DNA from: an uncultured Acidobacteriota bacterium
Lineage (GTDB): Bacteria; Acidobacteriota; Terriglobia; Terriglobales; Acidobacteriaceae
Assembly (NCBI GenBank): GCA_963712365.1
Contig: CAVQHO010000001.1
Span: 32,608 to 96,607 of the forward strand
Direction of reading: 5' to 3'
DNA: 64,000 bases
The position numbers were made by a program, and so were the translations under genes. The notes under the pieces were generated by a model. That model saw only the letters and a list, made by a program, of their open reading frames with translations. It was not told where the DNA came from and ran no database searches. Shown one piece after another: positions 32,871 through 43,351 of the stretch (position 1 is its first letter; the number at the start of each line of letters is the position of its first letter).

Positions 32871-32902
32871 GTGAAATTGAAATCAAGAAGATCGAGGCTC
32901 GC

Positions 32903-34817
32903 GTGAAAAGAAAAAGTTCGTGCGCAATTTATCTACTGATCTTGTGCGGTATCTCGCTTTGGAGCGTTCGGTTGAAGGCGGCTCCGGATGGTGAGAAGCA
33001 GAACTGGACACACTACGTTCGCATTGGAGCGTACGGACTGAAGGGCGGCGACGCCGAGCAGATCGTTCAACGGGCGCAGGCGAGCAACGTCGCTGGGATC
33101 GAGGTCGACAACGATATTCCTGGACGGTATGAGAGCTTCCTTGATCCGACCGCGAAGCTAAAAGCGATCCGCGATGTCTCGGAGGCCGCGCACAAGGTCG
33201 GGAATCATGCGTTCGTTTATATCGCTGGCACGGAGTGCATCACGGCGCACGGTGATCAAACCGTGCACACGATGGCAAAGGATCATCCCGACTGGTTGCA
33301 GAGGAAAATCACCGGAGAAACAGCGATCTTCGGGGGAGGCACAGCATTCTGGATCGCGAAGGGCGATGAGGACGTGTGGGTGAGTCCGTATGCACCCGAG
33401 TGGCGGAAGATCTACATGCAACGCGTGAAGCAGATTGCGGAGACCGGGATTGACGGGATCTACATCGATATTCCTTACTGGATGACGCATTTCGACGGAT
33501 GGGAAGATTCGTGGGCGAGCTTTGACGACTACACGGTAGCGGCTTTCAAACAGAAGACCGGGCTCGATGCGAAGCATGATTTGAAGCTGGCGGATTTTTC
33601 TGACCCGGCGTTCCGAAAGTGGGTGGATTTCAGGATCCAGACGTTTACCGATTTCCTGGCGGAGATCGATCGAACGGCAAAGTCGGTGAATCCAGAGATC
33701 AAGACGATTCCTGAAATTTATCCGGGCATCGAGGAAGAGGCGGTTCGCGTTGGAGCGGACGTTTATAGCCTTTATGGCGTGGTGGACACGATTGCGCACG
33801 AGTACGAGTTTGGCAGCGGTGAACACATGGCCTCCGGGCGCAAGCCGGTGGACTGGTTCCGATATCAGGTGGGAATGCATTCGTTCCGCGCATTTGCACA
33901 GGGAAAGCCGACTTGGATTCTGAACTACTCGTGGGACGGCGACAAGAAGGTGGACAAGCGCGAGGCGATGATGAATCTCGCGATGTCGCAGATCATGGCA
34001 GGAGCGAATTTCTGGGACGCTCCCGGACATTCCATGGCGGGATCCAACGATTTGCCAACACGAACGAAAATCTTTGCGTGGATTCGCGATCACGAAAAGA
34101 CATTTTATTTGCCTCGCAGTCCGATCGACCCCGTTGGAGTTTATTTTTCTCCGGAGACGCGGAATTACTTTGCGAAGGAATTCATCGAGGGATATCGCGG
34201 GACTTCTGATTCTGCTGATGCAGGTGCACAGGGAATTTCAAATTGTGACGCCGCGGACGCTGGCAGACTTCAAGGGCAAGAGCCTGGTGTTACCAGATGT
34301 GCGGGTGCTCAGCGACAGTGAGCGAAGTAGTTTGAAAACCTTTGTGGGTGGCGGAGGACGAGTTGTGATCGCGGGAACGGATGCTACGGACCTTCCGAAG
34401 TCGGAGAATGTTGTGCGACTTGCCGACAATCCGGGCAAGGCGTATGCAGCTACGATTGACAAAGACTTCGAGCACTCTCAGCCGGAGTCTCAGCATGAGT
34501 TTTTTGAGAGCTTGAAGGGCGGCGACGCGGTGGCAATAAAAGCTTCTAACCAGATTGCTACTTCGATTGCGCGGACATCGGATGGACATCTCAATTGCTT
34601 CTTCGCGAACTTCGCGGGATTGCGGGGCGGGGAGAATCCGATGCAGACGCCGCAGGAAGGCGTGCAGGTTACGATGAGCGCTAAATCTGGCGCGAAGGGA
34701 TTCTTTCTGCCATTCATGGGAGATGTGCGGCCCGTGAAGGGAGAGCAGCAAGGGGATTCCCTCACTTTTACTTTACCTACGATTACCAGAGGAGCGGTGT
34801 TCTGGGTTGAGCCGTAG
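32903..34817 (+). pseudogene. Exported glycoside-hydrolase-like protein (TIM-barrel-like plus GH42-trimerisation-like C-terminus), one frame disruption
   Basis: GTG at 32903 gives the signal VKRKSSCAIYLLILCGISLWSVRLKA. ORF 32702..34321 joins ORF 34074..34817 at ..EFIEGYRG/LLILLMQVHREFQIVTP. The frame changes near 34200. Confidence 0.6.
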
Positions 34818-34854
34818 GAAGGTGTAAGTTCGTTTTCCCTGGTGCCCTAGCTAT

Positions 34855-36348
34855 TCAGGTTGTGCTTGGTTCCCACTTTGTGGAACGGGATATGGCCTCG
34901 TTCCAGCGGGTGCGCAGAACTCGCGCTTTCGAGTCGGGCATGCTGGGCTCGAAGCGACGGTCATTTTGGGAGCTCACACCGGCGTCATCCGCCGGCCAGA
35001 AGTCGACGGCGCGGCCCGCGAGGAGCGCAGCGCCGAAGGCTGTAGTTTCCGTGACTGCGGGGCGAACGACGGGGACGCCAAGAATATCCGCCTGAAACTG
35101 CATCAGACTATCGTTGGCGGCGGCCCCGCCGTCGACGCGGAGTTCGCGCACAGCAGCGCCCGAATCGCGACGCATGGCATCGAGAAGGTCTGCAACCTGA
35201 TACGCGATGCTTTCGACCGCGGCGCGCGCGATGTGGCCTGCCGTGGTGCCGCGAGTGAGTCCGAAGATCGATCCGCGCGCGTAGGAATCCCAGTGAGGGG
35301 CGCCTAACCCCACGAAGGCGGGCACGAAATAGACTCCGCCATTGTCGGGAACGGATTTGGCGAGAGCCTCCACCTCTTCTGATTTCTTGATCAAGCCCAG
35401 GCCGTCGCGTAGCCACTGCACAACCGCTCCGCCAACGAAGACGCTGCCTTCGAGTGCATACTCGGTGACGTCGCCGATCTTCCATGCAACCGTCGTTACC
35501 AGGCGATTGGAAGACGGCACCGCGCGCTTGCCGGTGTTTTGCAGCATGAAACATCCGGTACCGTAGGTGTTTTTTGTCATGCCAGGCGTGGAGCAGCGTT
35601 GTCCGCAAAGAGCGGCCTGCTGATCTCCCGCGATGCCGGTGATGGGAATTCCCTCAAGCTCTTTCACTCCTGTGACATGCCCGTAGGTTTCGCTGCAGGA
35701 GCACACGTCGGGCATCATGCTGGCGGGGATTTTGAAGAGGTCGAGAAGTTGGCGATCCCACTCGCCGGTGTGAATATTGAAGAGCATGGTGCGCGATGCG
35801 TTGCTTGCATCAGTGGCATGAACGTGGCCCCGCGTTAGTTTCCACACAAGCCAGCTGTCCACTGTGCCAAAGGCGAGCTTGCCGGCATCGGCAAGTTTGC
35901 GGGCTCCGGCTACGTTATCGAGGATCCACGAAATCTTGGTGGCAGAAAAGTAGGAATCGATGAGAAGGCCGGTGTGTTGCTGAATGAGCGGGCTGTGTCC
36001 CTGAGTGCGAAGCTGCTCGCAAAGATCGGCGGTGCGCCGATCTTGCCAGACGATCGCGTTGTAAACAGGTGTGCCGGTTTCGCGATTCCATACGATCGCT
36101 GTTTCGCGCTGATTCGCAATGCCAATCGCTGCAACGTCGCTCGCCTTTGCTCCGGCTTGTGCTAAGGCTTTGATGGCAACCGCGATCTGGGAACTGAGGA
36201 TCTGTTCGGGATTGTGTTCGACCCACCCCGGCTGCGGGAAAATCTGCTCGAACTCCTGCTGAGCCACCGTGCGGACCGCGCAATCCTGATCGAATAAAAG
36301 AGCGCGAGAGCTGGTCGTGCCCTGATCCAGTGCAAGAACGTATTTCAA
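34855..36348 (-). CDS. glpK: Glycerol kinase
   Basis: [20 protein letters not shown] and a full-length FGGY kinase (497 aa). Confidence 0.95.
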   Translation of the reverse strand: MKYVLALDQGTTSSRALLFDQDCAVRTVAQQEFEQIFPQPGWVEHNPEQILSSQIAVAIKALAQAGAKASDVAAIGIANQRETAIVWNRETGTPVYNAIVWQDRRTADLCEQLRTQGHSPLIQQHTGLLIDSYFSATKISWILDNVAGARKLADAGKLAFGTVDSWLVWKLTRGHVHATDASNASRTMLFNIHTGEWDRQLLDLFKIPASMMPDVCSCSETYGHVTGVKELEGIPITGIAGDQQAALCGQRCSTPGMTKNTYGTGCFMLQNTGKRAVPSSNRLVTTVAWKIGDVTEYALEGSVFVGGAVVQWLRDGLGLIKKSEEVEALAKSVPDNGGVYFVPAFVGLGAPHWDSYARGSIFGLTRGTTAGHIARAAVESIAYQVADLLDAMRRDSGAAVRELRVDGGAAANDSLMQFQADILGVPVVRPAVTETTAFGAALLAGRAVDFWPADDAGVSSQNDRRFEPSMPDSKARVLRTRWNEAISRSTKWEPSTT

Positions 36349-36398
36349 GATCCCTCCAACACAATTATCGACTTTCCCGACCGGCCAGGCGGCGCGTG

Positions 36399-37175
36399 TT
36401 ACGACGGCTTTAGGAAGCGGCGAATTCCGAAGTCATAGAGTGCGGCACCGGCAACGCCTCCAATCAGCGGGGCTATCACGGGAATCCACCAAATGCGCGT
36501 GCCGTCTGTAATGCCATTGTTACGGAAGCCCGCAACAACCGCGAACATGCGCGGACCGAAGTCTCTCGCCGGATTGATGGCGTATCCGTGCATGCCGCCG
36601 AAGCTCATGCCAATCGCCACGACCACTAATCCGATGAGCAGGGGAGCGAGATTCGCTCCGGGCGGGATATTGAACTCGTCGGTGATTGCAAAGATGAGAA
36701 GAACAAGCAATCCCGTACCGATGAACTGATCGAGAAACCCCGCTTGCGGCAGTCCCGGAAAAGCCGGGAAGGTTGTGAAAACGCCGGCGGTCGTTTCCAG
36801 TCCAGGGTCCGCCTGGTGAAATGCGGGGCGATAGTTCCAGTAGACGAGAGCGGCGGCGGTGAACGCGCCGGTGGTCTGCGCGATCGTGTACGGAATAACT
36901 TTGCTCCATGAAAAATTTCGGAAGACAGCGAGCGCCAACGTCACGGCGGGGTTGAGGTGGGCTCCGGATATTTTTCCGGCGATGTAAATGCCCATGGTTA
37001 CGGCGAGACCCCAACCTAGAGTGATGTTGGTGAATCCGCCGTGAATGGTCTCTCCTGCGTTTTTCGACGGGAACAACACGACCATCGCTACTACTCCTGT
37101 GCCGAACAGGATCAGCACAAAAGTGCCCAAGAATTCGGCGATGAGTTCCGCGATCAGTGTTGGTTTTGCGTTCAT
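36399..37175 (-). CDS. glpF: Aquaglyceroporin / glycerol uptake facilitator (MIP family)
   Basis: Two NPA boxes ([17 protein letters not shown]), six TM helices, immediately upstream of glpK. Confidence 0.9.
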   Translation of the reverse strand: MNAKPTLIAELIAEFLGTFVLILFGTGVVAMVVLFPSKNAGETIHGGFTNITLGWGLAVTMGIYIAGKISGAHLNPAVTLALAVFRNFSWSKVIPYTIAQTTGAFTAAALVYWNYRPAFHQADPGLETTAGVFTTFPAFPGLPQAGFLDQFIGTGLLVLLIFAITDEFNIPPGANLAPLLIGLVVVAIGMSFGGMHGYAINPARDFGPRMFAVVAGFRNNGITDGTRIWWIPVIAPLIGGVAGAALYDFGIRRFLKPS

Positions 37176-37366
37176 TGCATCCTCGAGTGGAGTGCGCTTA
37201 CGTGGCCGCGAAGTAGTCTAGCAAGAAGGGCGAGTGCTGCGGATATTTTCGTGAGTGGAGCGAAGCATGGCGGGATGCCCGCTACCCCGTGCGCGAACAG
37301 AGATTGCGATTTTGCCCTCCTTCGACGTCCGCTGATGCCCTTCGATCATCTACGGTCCATTACCTC

Positions 37367-37394
37367 TTGACATTTCTGCTGAGGTACATAAGAT
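37367..37394 (+). promoter_or_regulatory. Sigma70-like promoter of the arg operon
   Basis: TTGACA (37367-37372), a 16-nt spacer, then TAAGAT (37389-37394). Confidence 0.45.
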
Positions 37395-37395
37395 A

Positions 37396-37433
37396 TGAAA
37401 ATATTTATTCAAATTTGTGAATATTTATTCATT
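37396..37433. promoter_or_regulatory. Tandem ARG boxes (ArgR operator)
   Basis: TGTGAATATTTATTCATT (37416-37433) matches all 18 positions of TNTGAATWWWWATTCANW. TGAAAATATTTATTCAAA (37396-37413) has 2 mismatches. The boxes are 2 bp apart and abut the -10 and the argR ATG. Confidence 0.65.
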
Positions 37434-37877
37434 ATGAATAAAACATTGCGTCAACGAGCGGTACTGGACGTCCTGAAGCATGGATCGATTGCCAGCCAGG
37501 AAGACCTGCAGAGACACCTGCGCCGGCGCGGCTTCAAGGTCGGTCAGGCCACGCTCTCGCGCGACATTCGTGATTTGAATTTGAGCAAGACGTCGCACGG
37601 ATACTCACTACCGCATGGCGACGGCGGAGCGGCGGTTGCGCTTCCACCGGTGTCGCGATTGGTGCGCGAATTCGTGCTCGACATCCGCTCGGCGCAGAAC
37701 CTGCTGGTCATCAAGACGATCGTCGGGAGCGCGCAACCGGTGGCCGCAGCGTTGGACGAGACGGACTGGAGTGAAGTGGTCGGAACGATTGCGGGAGACG
37801 ACACCATCCTTATTGTGTGTCCCGACAAAGACGAGGCGCGGGAGCTGGCAAGCAGGATTGAGGAGATGCTGGGCTGA
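37434..37877 (+). CDS. argR: Arginine repressor
   Basis: MNKTLRQRAVLDVL...GQATLSRDIRDLNL (winged helix) and GTIAGDDTILIV (arginine-binding core). ATG at 37434 is preferred because 37395 lies inside the operator. Confidence 0.9.
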   Translation: MNKTLRQRAVLDVLKHGSIASQEDLQRHLRRRGFKVGQATLSRDIRDLNLSKTSHGYSLPHGDGGAAVALPPVSRLVREFVLDIRSAQNLLVIKTIVGSAQPVAAALDETDWSEVVGTIAGDDTILIVCPDKDEARELASRIEEMLG

Positions 37878-38923
37878 TGGCAGGGAAACTCAAGACCGCC
37901 GTACTGGGAGCGACCGGATATTCCGGTCTGGAATTGACGCGGATTCTTGTGCGCCATCCGCGGCTCGAAAAACCCGTGCTGCTACGGCGAAGCGCAGATA
38001 ACGGCGGGGCAACCGATCTGGCGGACGTATTTCCTGCTCTCTCGGGAAACGGCGGATACCCTTTGCACTCGTTGTCGTGGACTTCGCTGAAGCAGCAGGG
38101 CGTCAAGTTGTTATTCCTGGCGACTCCGCACGAGGTGTCGCGAAATCTCGTTCCGGAGGCAATTGCGAACGGGCTGCGAGTGATTGATCTGAGTGGAGCG
38201 TGGAGGCTCAAGCAGGAGCAACATCGCGCGATTTACAGCTTTCAGGATTCCGACGCTGTGACCGCAGCGGAACTGACGGATCGTGCTGTTTACGGATTGC
38301 CTGAACTGAATACAGATCAGATCGCCAGCGCGGATCTGGTGGCGAATCCGGGCTGCTATGCAACTTCGGTGATATTGGCGCTGGCACCGTTGCTAAAGAG
38401 CGGATTGGTTGATCGCACGCGCGGCATCATTTCCGATTCGAAGTCGGGAGTATCAGGCGCAGGTAAAGAGCCAACATCGAAGACGCATTTTGTGTCGGTT
38501 GCTGACAACCTGTCCGCATATTCGGTCTTCAGTCACCGGCACATTGGCGAGATGCTGGAACAACTTGCACTGAGCACGCAGGAATTGACTTTTACGCCAC
38601 ATCTGTTGCCGATTCCACGGGGAATTCTGTCCACCATCTATGTCCAACTAAATCGCGAGATGACGCCCCTGGAAGTGGAATCGTGTTTTCGCAACTTCTA
38701 CCTGGGTAAGCAATGGGTGCGCGTCTTTCAGACACCGAGGCTGCCTCAGGTCCAGTTTTCGCTGAACACGAACTACTGCGATCTGGGCTTCTGCCTTGCG
38801 GAGGATGGACTGCGACTAGTGCTGATTTCCTGCATCGACAACCTGCTCAAAGGCGCAGCGGGGCAAGCGGCACAAAACATGAACCTGATGTATGGATGGG
38901 GCGAGGAAGAGGGGCTGCAGTGA
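37877..38923 (+). CDS. argC: N-acetyl-gamma-glutamyl-phosphate reductase
   Basis: LGATGYSGLEL and active-site NPGCYATS. The start overlaps the argR stop (TGATG). Confidence 0.95.
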   Translation: MAGKLKTAVLGATGYSGLELTRILVRHPRLEKPVLLRRSADNGGATDLADVFPALSGNGGYPLHSLSWTSLKQQGVKLLFLATPHEVSRNLVPEAIANGLRVIDLSGAWRLKQEQHRAIYSFQDSDAVTAAELTDRAVYGLPELNTDQIASADLVANPGCYATSVILALAPLLKSGLVDRTRGIISDSKSGVSGAGKEPTSKTHFVSVADNLSAYSVFSHRHIGEMLEQLALSTQELTFTPHLLPIPRGILSTIYVQLNREMTPLEVESCFRNFYLGKQWVRVFQTPRLPQVQFSLNTNYCDLGFCLAEDGLRLVLISCIDNLLKGAAGQAAQNMNLMYGWGEEEGLQ

Positions 38924-39705
38924 TCATCGTAATCAAAATCGGCGGAGCCGCGCTCGAAGACAAGACCGTATTGCGTAAATGCGCCCGGGCCATCGCGGAG
39001 CTTGCACAAGATGGCCATCGCGTCGCTGTGGTTCATGGCGGCGGAACCGCTCTGACGCGTGTGCTGAAGCAACTCGGCAAACAAAGCGAATTCGTTGGCG
39101 GACTGCGCGTGACGGACGCGGAGACTCGCGATGTAGCGTTGATGGTGCTCGGCGGGATGGTCAATAAGAAGATGGTGGCGGCAATCCAGGCCGCTGGCAT
39201 GCCGGCAGTTGGCTTTTGCGGCGGCGATGGAATGACGTTCCGCGCGCGTCGCAAGCATGTCCTCGGAAATGACCTGGGATTCGTCGGGGAGATCTGCTTC
39301 GCGGAGCCTTGCTGGATTGAAGCTCTATGGCAGCAAGGTGGCATCCCTGTGCTGGCATCGCTGGCCCTCGGAGCAGATGGCGAATATTACAACGTGAACG
39401 CGGATGAGATGGCTGCAGCGTGTGCAGCAGCGTGTCACGCGAATGCGCTGATCTTCCTGACTGATGTGCCGGGTGTGAAAGATGCCGAGGGGACAGTGAT
39501 TCCATGGCTCAATACGAAACAAGCGCAGGACCTTGCAGCCGGGTCGGTCGTGAGCGGCGGGATGTTGCCGAAGTTAGCGGCGTGCACACAAGCTTTGAAA
39601 CAGGGTGTCGGTCGAGTGCGGATATTGCCGGCTACAGAGGCAGAGGCGCTACCCCAATTTTATTTCACGAAACTGAGTTGTGGAACAGAAGTGACGTGTG
39701 CGTGA
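38920..39705 (+). CDS. argB: Acetylglutamate kinase
   Basis: GTG at 38920 overlaps the argC stop (GTGA). VIKIGGAAL, VAVVHGGG, GGLRVTD. Confidence 0.9.
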   Translation: MIIVIKIGGAALEDKTVLRKCARAIAELAQDGHRVAVVHGGGTALTRVLKQLGKQSEFVGGLRVTDAETRDVALMVLGGMVNKKMVAAIQAAGMPAVGFCGGDGMTFRARRKHVLGNDLGFVGEICFAEPCWIEALWQQGGIPVLASLALGADGEYYNVNADEMAAACAAACHANALIFLTDVPGVKDAEGTVIPWLNTKQAQDLAAGSVVSGGMLPKLAACTQALKQGVGRVRILPATEAEALPQFYFTKLSCGTEVTCA

Positions 39706-39742
39706 GAGCCGTGACACGAATTGAAAAGCTAAGGAGTGAAAG

Positions 39743-40753
39743 TTGAATAGTCCATTAAATAGTCGGGCTCCGGTGATTCCGGCAACGTCGCCTGACATCT
39801 TCTGGTGTCCAGACTTGGTGTCGACACGCGACCTCGGACCGCAAGGCGTTCAGGCCGTGCTACATCTGGCGGAGTTGATGAAGGCACGACCATCCGTTTT
39901 CCAGCGATCACTCGCGGGGAAGCAGATGGTGATGTTCTTCGAGAAGCCATCCTTACGCACGCGCCTTACGTTTGAATCAGCGATTGTGAGCCTTGGAGGA
40001 ACGGCGATGTTTGTCGATCAGTCCAAGAGCCGCCTGGATGCAAGGGAGAAGCTGAGCGACATCGCGCACAATCTGGAGCGCTGGATCGATGTCATCGTTC
40101 TGCGAACCTTCGCACACGAGACGATCGAGGGAATGGCCAAACATGCTTCAGTTCCCGTTATCAACGCGCTCAGCGATGTAGAGCACCCTTGCCAAGCGCT
40201 TGCGGACTATCTGACCCTGCAAGAGCGATTCGGCGATGTCAGGAAGGTAACGCTGGCGTATGTCGGAGACGGCAACAACGTGGCGCATTCTCTGTTGCTC
40301 ACTTGTGCTTGTCTTGGATCATCGATCCGAGTTGCGACGCCGAAGGGATACGCGTGCAATCCGCAGATTGTTGCTGACGCACGCAAGATAGCTAGACAAA
40401 CTGGGGCGCAGATCGAAGTTTTCACGGATCCGCATGCCGCGGTATCAGGCGCCGACGCAATTTACACCGACGCATGGGCCAGCATGGGACAGGAACAAGA
40501 GTCCGGCGTGCGGGCTAATATTTTCCCGCCATTCCAAGTGAATCGGGCTCTGATGAAAGAAGCCGCGCCGGACGCGGCATTCATGCATTGCCTTCCCGCC
40601 CATAGGGGAGAAGAAGTTACCGATGAAGTCATAGACAGCGAGCAGTCCGTGGTCTTCGAGCAAGCGGAAAACCGGCTGCACGTACAGAAATCCATCCTTT
40701 ATCTACTGCTGGGCGGCGCCGTGCGCCTGCCCGTGAGGAGCGCTCATGCCTGA
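39743..40753 (+). CDS. argF: Ornithine carbamoyltransferase
   Basis: FEKPSLRTRLTFE (variant of STRTR), HPCQALAD, DAWASMG, HCLPAHRGEE. TTG start 7 nt after AGGAG. Confidence 0.85.
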   Translation: MNSPLNSRAPVIPATSPDIFWCPDLVSTRDLGPQGVQAVLHLAELMKARPSVFQRSLAGKQMVMFFEKPSLRTRLTFESAIVSLGGTAMFVDQSKSRLDAREKLSDIAHNLERWIDVIVLRTFAHETIEGMAKHASVPVINALSDVEHPCQALADYLTLQERFGDVRKVTLAYVGDGNNVAHSLLLTCACLGSSIRVATPKGYACNPQIVADARKIARQTGAQIEVFTDPHAAVSGADAIYTDAWASMGQEQESGVRANIFPPFQVNRALMKEAAPDAAFMHCLPAHRGEEVTDEVIDSEQSVVFEQAENRLHVQKSILYLLLGGAVRLPVRSAHA

Positions 40754-41951
40754 GAAAGTTGTTCTCGCTTATTCCGGTGGACTCGATACGTCGATCATCA
40801 TTCCATGGTTGAAGGAAAACTACTCGTACGACGTTATCGCCATGGTTGGCGACGTGGGTCAGGGAGATGATATCGAAGCGGTCGTTGAGAAAGCTTACGC
40901 AACGGGCGCGAGCAAGGTCATCGTGGAGGATCTGCGCGAAGAATTTCTGACTGGATACGTGTTTCCCGCGCTCAAGGCCGGTGCGGTTTACGAGCACAAG
41001 TATCTGCTCGGGACATCGATGGCTCGTCCGGTGATCGCCAAGCACCAGGTGGAAGTGGCCATGCGCGAGGGTGCGACTGCCGTTGCTCATGGATGCACGG
41101 GCAAGGGCAACGATCAGGTGCGTTTTGAGTTGACTTACCAAGCGCTGGCACCCGAACTGAAAATCATTGCGCCGTGGCGCGAGTGGAGCTTAAAGTCCCG
41201 CGAGGACTGTCTCGACTATGCCGAGCAGCACGGGATTCCCGTGTCGGCCAGCCGGGAAAAGATTCACAGTCGCGATCGGAATCTATGGCATATCAGCCAC
41301 GAAGGGGGCGAGCTGGAAGACGCTGGGAATGCTCCCTTGGCAACAACTTGGCAAATCACTCGGTCCCCGCAGGAAGCGCCTGACAAAGAAGAGCAAGTGA
41401 GCATCGGGTTCAACCGGGGAATTCCGGTGTCAGTGAATGGGATGGAAATGGATCCTGTTTCGCTCGTTGAGTTGCTCAACGAGATTGGTGCGCGAAACGC
41501 CGTAGGCCGCGTCGACCTGGTGGAAAACCGTTTCGTCGGAATCAAGTCTCGCGGCTGCTATGAAACACCGGGTGGAACGCTGTTAATTGCAGCTCATCGC
41601 GAACTCGAGGCTCTTTGCCTGGAGCGCGACGTTGCGCACTTCAAGCAGCACATCGGGCTCAAGTATGCGGAACTCGTGTACTTCGGATTGTGGTTCACGC
41701 CGCTGCGCGAGGCGCTGGATGCGTTCATCGATAAGACACAGTCGGAGATGACCGGCGAGGTCGCACTGTCTCTTTATAAGGGGAACGTTTCGGTCGTCAG
41801 TCGCAAGTCGGAGCACTCGCTGTATCGCACCGATCTTTCTTCGTTCACTATGGGCGAGAGTTACGACCAGAAGGACGCGGCAGGATTCATCCGCATTCTT
41901 GGACTGCCGTCGCGTTCGCGCGCTCTGAGCCGCATCGAGGTTGCACGATGA
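40746..41951 (+). CDS. argG: Argininosuccinate synthase
   Basis: VLAYSGGLDTS and GCTGKGNDQVRFE. Confidence 0.95.
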   Translation: MPEKVVLAYSGGLDTSIIIPWLKENYSYDVIAMVGDVGQGDDIEAVVEKAYATGASKVIVEDLREEFLTGYVFPALKAGAVYEHKYLLGTSMARPVIAKHQVEVAMREGATAVAHGCTGKGNDQVRFELTYQALAPELKIIAPWREWSLKSREDCLDYAEQHGIPVSASREKIHSRDRNLWHISHEGGELEDAGNAPLATTWQITRSPQEAPDKEEQVSIGFNRGIPVSVNGMEMDPVSLVELLNEIGARNAVGRVDLVENRFVGIKSRGCYETPGGTLLIAAHRELEALCLERDVAHFKQHIGLKYAELVYFGLWFTPLREALDAFIDKTQSEMTGEVALSLYKGNVSVVSRKSEHSLYRTDLSSFTMGESYDQKDAAGFIRILGLPSRSRALSRIEVAR

Positions 41952-43351
41952 AGATGTGGTCGGGAAGGTTCCGACAGCCACTGGATCCTGAATTCGAGCG
42001 ATGGCAACGGTCTTTCGAGTTCGATCACAGGCTGCTGAAGTACGAGATCGCGGCCAGCGGTGCGCACGCGCGCGCATTGAAGAACGCGGGAGTCTTGTCA
42101 GCGGACGAACTTATCAGCATCCTGCAAGGGCTGGAGCAGATCGGATCGAAGGCGGCGACCTCGCCGGCTTTTCTCGACGACGACGAAGCGGAGGACGTGC
42201 ATCACTTCGTCGAAAAGCAACTGGCGAAGTTGATTGGCGACGTTGGCTACAAGCTTCATAGCGGGCGCAGCCGGAACGAGCAAATCGCGACCGATCTGAG
42301 ATTGTTTGTTCGGGCAGCGATTGACGAGTTGCGGCAACAGATCGGACAACTTTGCGGCGTTCTCGTGGAGCGAGCTGAACAGGCGGGAGACGCGGCGATG
42401 CCGGCTTATACGCATCTGCAGCGGGCCGAGCCGGTTCTGGTTGGACACTGGTTGTTGTCTTACTGCGAGATGTTGTTGCGCGATGCCGACCGGCTTGCGG
42501 ATTGCCGCAAGCGGCTGAATCTATGTCCGCTGGGCTCGGGGGCAGTCGCGGGGGCGACACTGACGCTGGATCGTAGTTTGATGGCCGAGAGTATTGGATT
42601 CGATGGCCCCACGGCGAACAGTATCGATGCGACGAGCGACCGGGATTTCGCAATCGAGTTCGTGAACTCGCTTTCGATGCTGGCGGTGCACCTGAGCCGC
42701 TGGGCAGAAGAGATGATCCTGTTCTCGACGCAGGAATTTGCATTCATCGAATTGCCCGAGGCTTATTCGACGGGCAGCAGCGCGATGCCGCAGAAGAAGA
42801 ATCCTGACCTGCTGGAACTGGTTCGCGGAAAGTGCGGACGCGTTGTGGGAAATGCAATCTCTCTGATGACTACGGTGAAGGGGTTACCGCTCGCTTACAA
42901 CAAAGATTTACAGGAGACACAGGAACCCCTGTTCGACGCCGCGGACACGTTGCTGCAATTGCTGCCGCTGGTGACGGGGTGGATGAAGGCAGTGGAATTT
43001 CATCACGACCGGATGCAGGAAGCGGCAAGTTCAGGTTTTATGAATGCGTGGGCTGCGGCGACGTACCTGGTGAAGAAAGGCGTGCCGTCAAGGCGATCTC
43101 ACGAACGTATCGGGAAGGCTGTGCAACTCTGCATCGAGCGGCAGTGTGAATTGCACGAACTGCCCATGGCTGATCTAAAAGCGCTGAGCCCCGCGTTCGG
43201 AGAGGACTTCTACGAATCACTGTCGTTGCGCTCTGTACTCGCCGTTCATGACGTTCCGGGGGGCACAGCGCCCCCCCGGGTGCGGCAGGCTATCGGCCTC
43301 GCCAGGAAGAGAATTGAAGGTCTTCGCGAGGAGGTCCATGCGCACGCGTAA
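41948..43351 (+). CDS. argH: Argininosuccinate lyase
   Basis: MWSGRF and GSSAMPQKKNPD. The start overlaps the argG stop. Confidence 0.95.
   Translation: MKMWSGRFRQPLDPEFERWQRSFEFDHRLLKYEIAASGAHARALKNAGVLSADELISILQGLEQIGSKAATSPAFLDDDEAEDVHHFVEKQLAKLIGDVGYKLHSGRSRNEQIATDLRLFVRAAIDELRQQIGQLCGVLVERAEQAGDAAMPAYTHLQRAEPVLVGHWLLSYCEMLLRDADRLADCRKRLNLCPLGSGAVAGATLTLDRSLMAESIGFDGPTANSIDATSDRDFAIEFVNSLSMLAVHLSRWAEEMILFSTQEFAFIELPEAYSTGSSAMPQKKNPDLLELVRGKCGRVVGNAISLMTTVKGLPLAYNKDLQETQEPLFDAADTLLQLLPLVTGWMKAVEFHHDRMQEAASSGFMNAWAAATYLVKKGVPSRRSHERIGKAVQLCIERQCELHELPMADLKALSPAFGEDFYESLSLRSVLAVHDVPGGTAPPRVRQAIGLARKRIEGLREEVHAHA

Noticed and set aside
37395-37433. ATG at 37395 as the argR start (ORF track 37395..37877).
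   Set aside because: The extra 13 codons (MKIFIQICEYLFI) are the AT-rich ARG-box operator itself. The conserved ArgR N-terminus begins at the ATG at 37434.
38713-38919. 5' extensions of ORFs 38713..39705 (argB), 32702..32902 and 72..152.
   Set aside because: The extensions overlap the preceding gene in another frame, or precede a clear signal peptide or conserved N-terminus. Internal starts with overlap-coupling or an RBS fit better.
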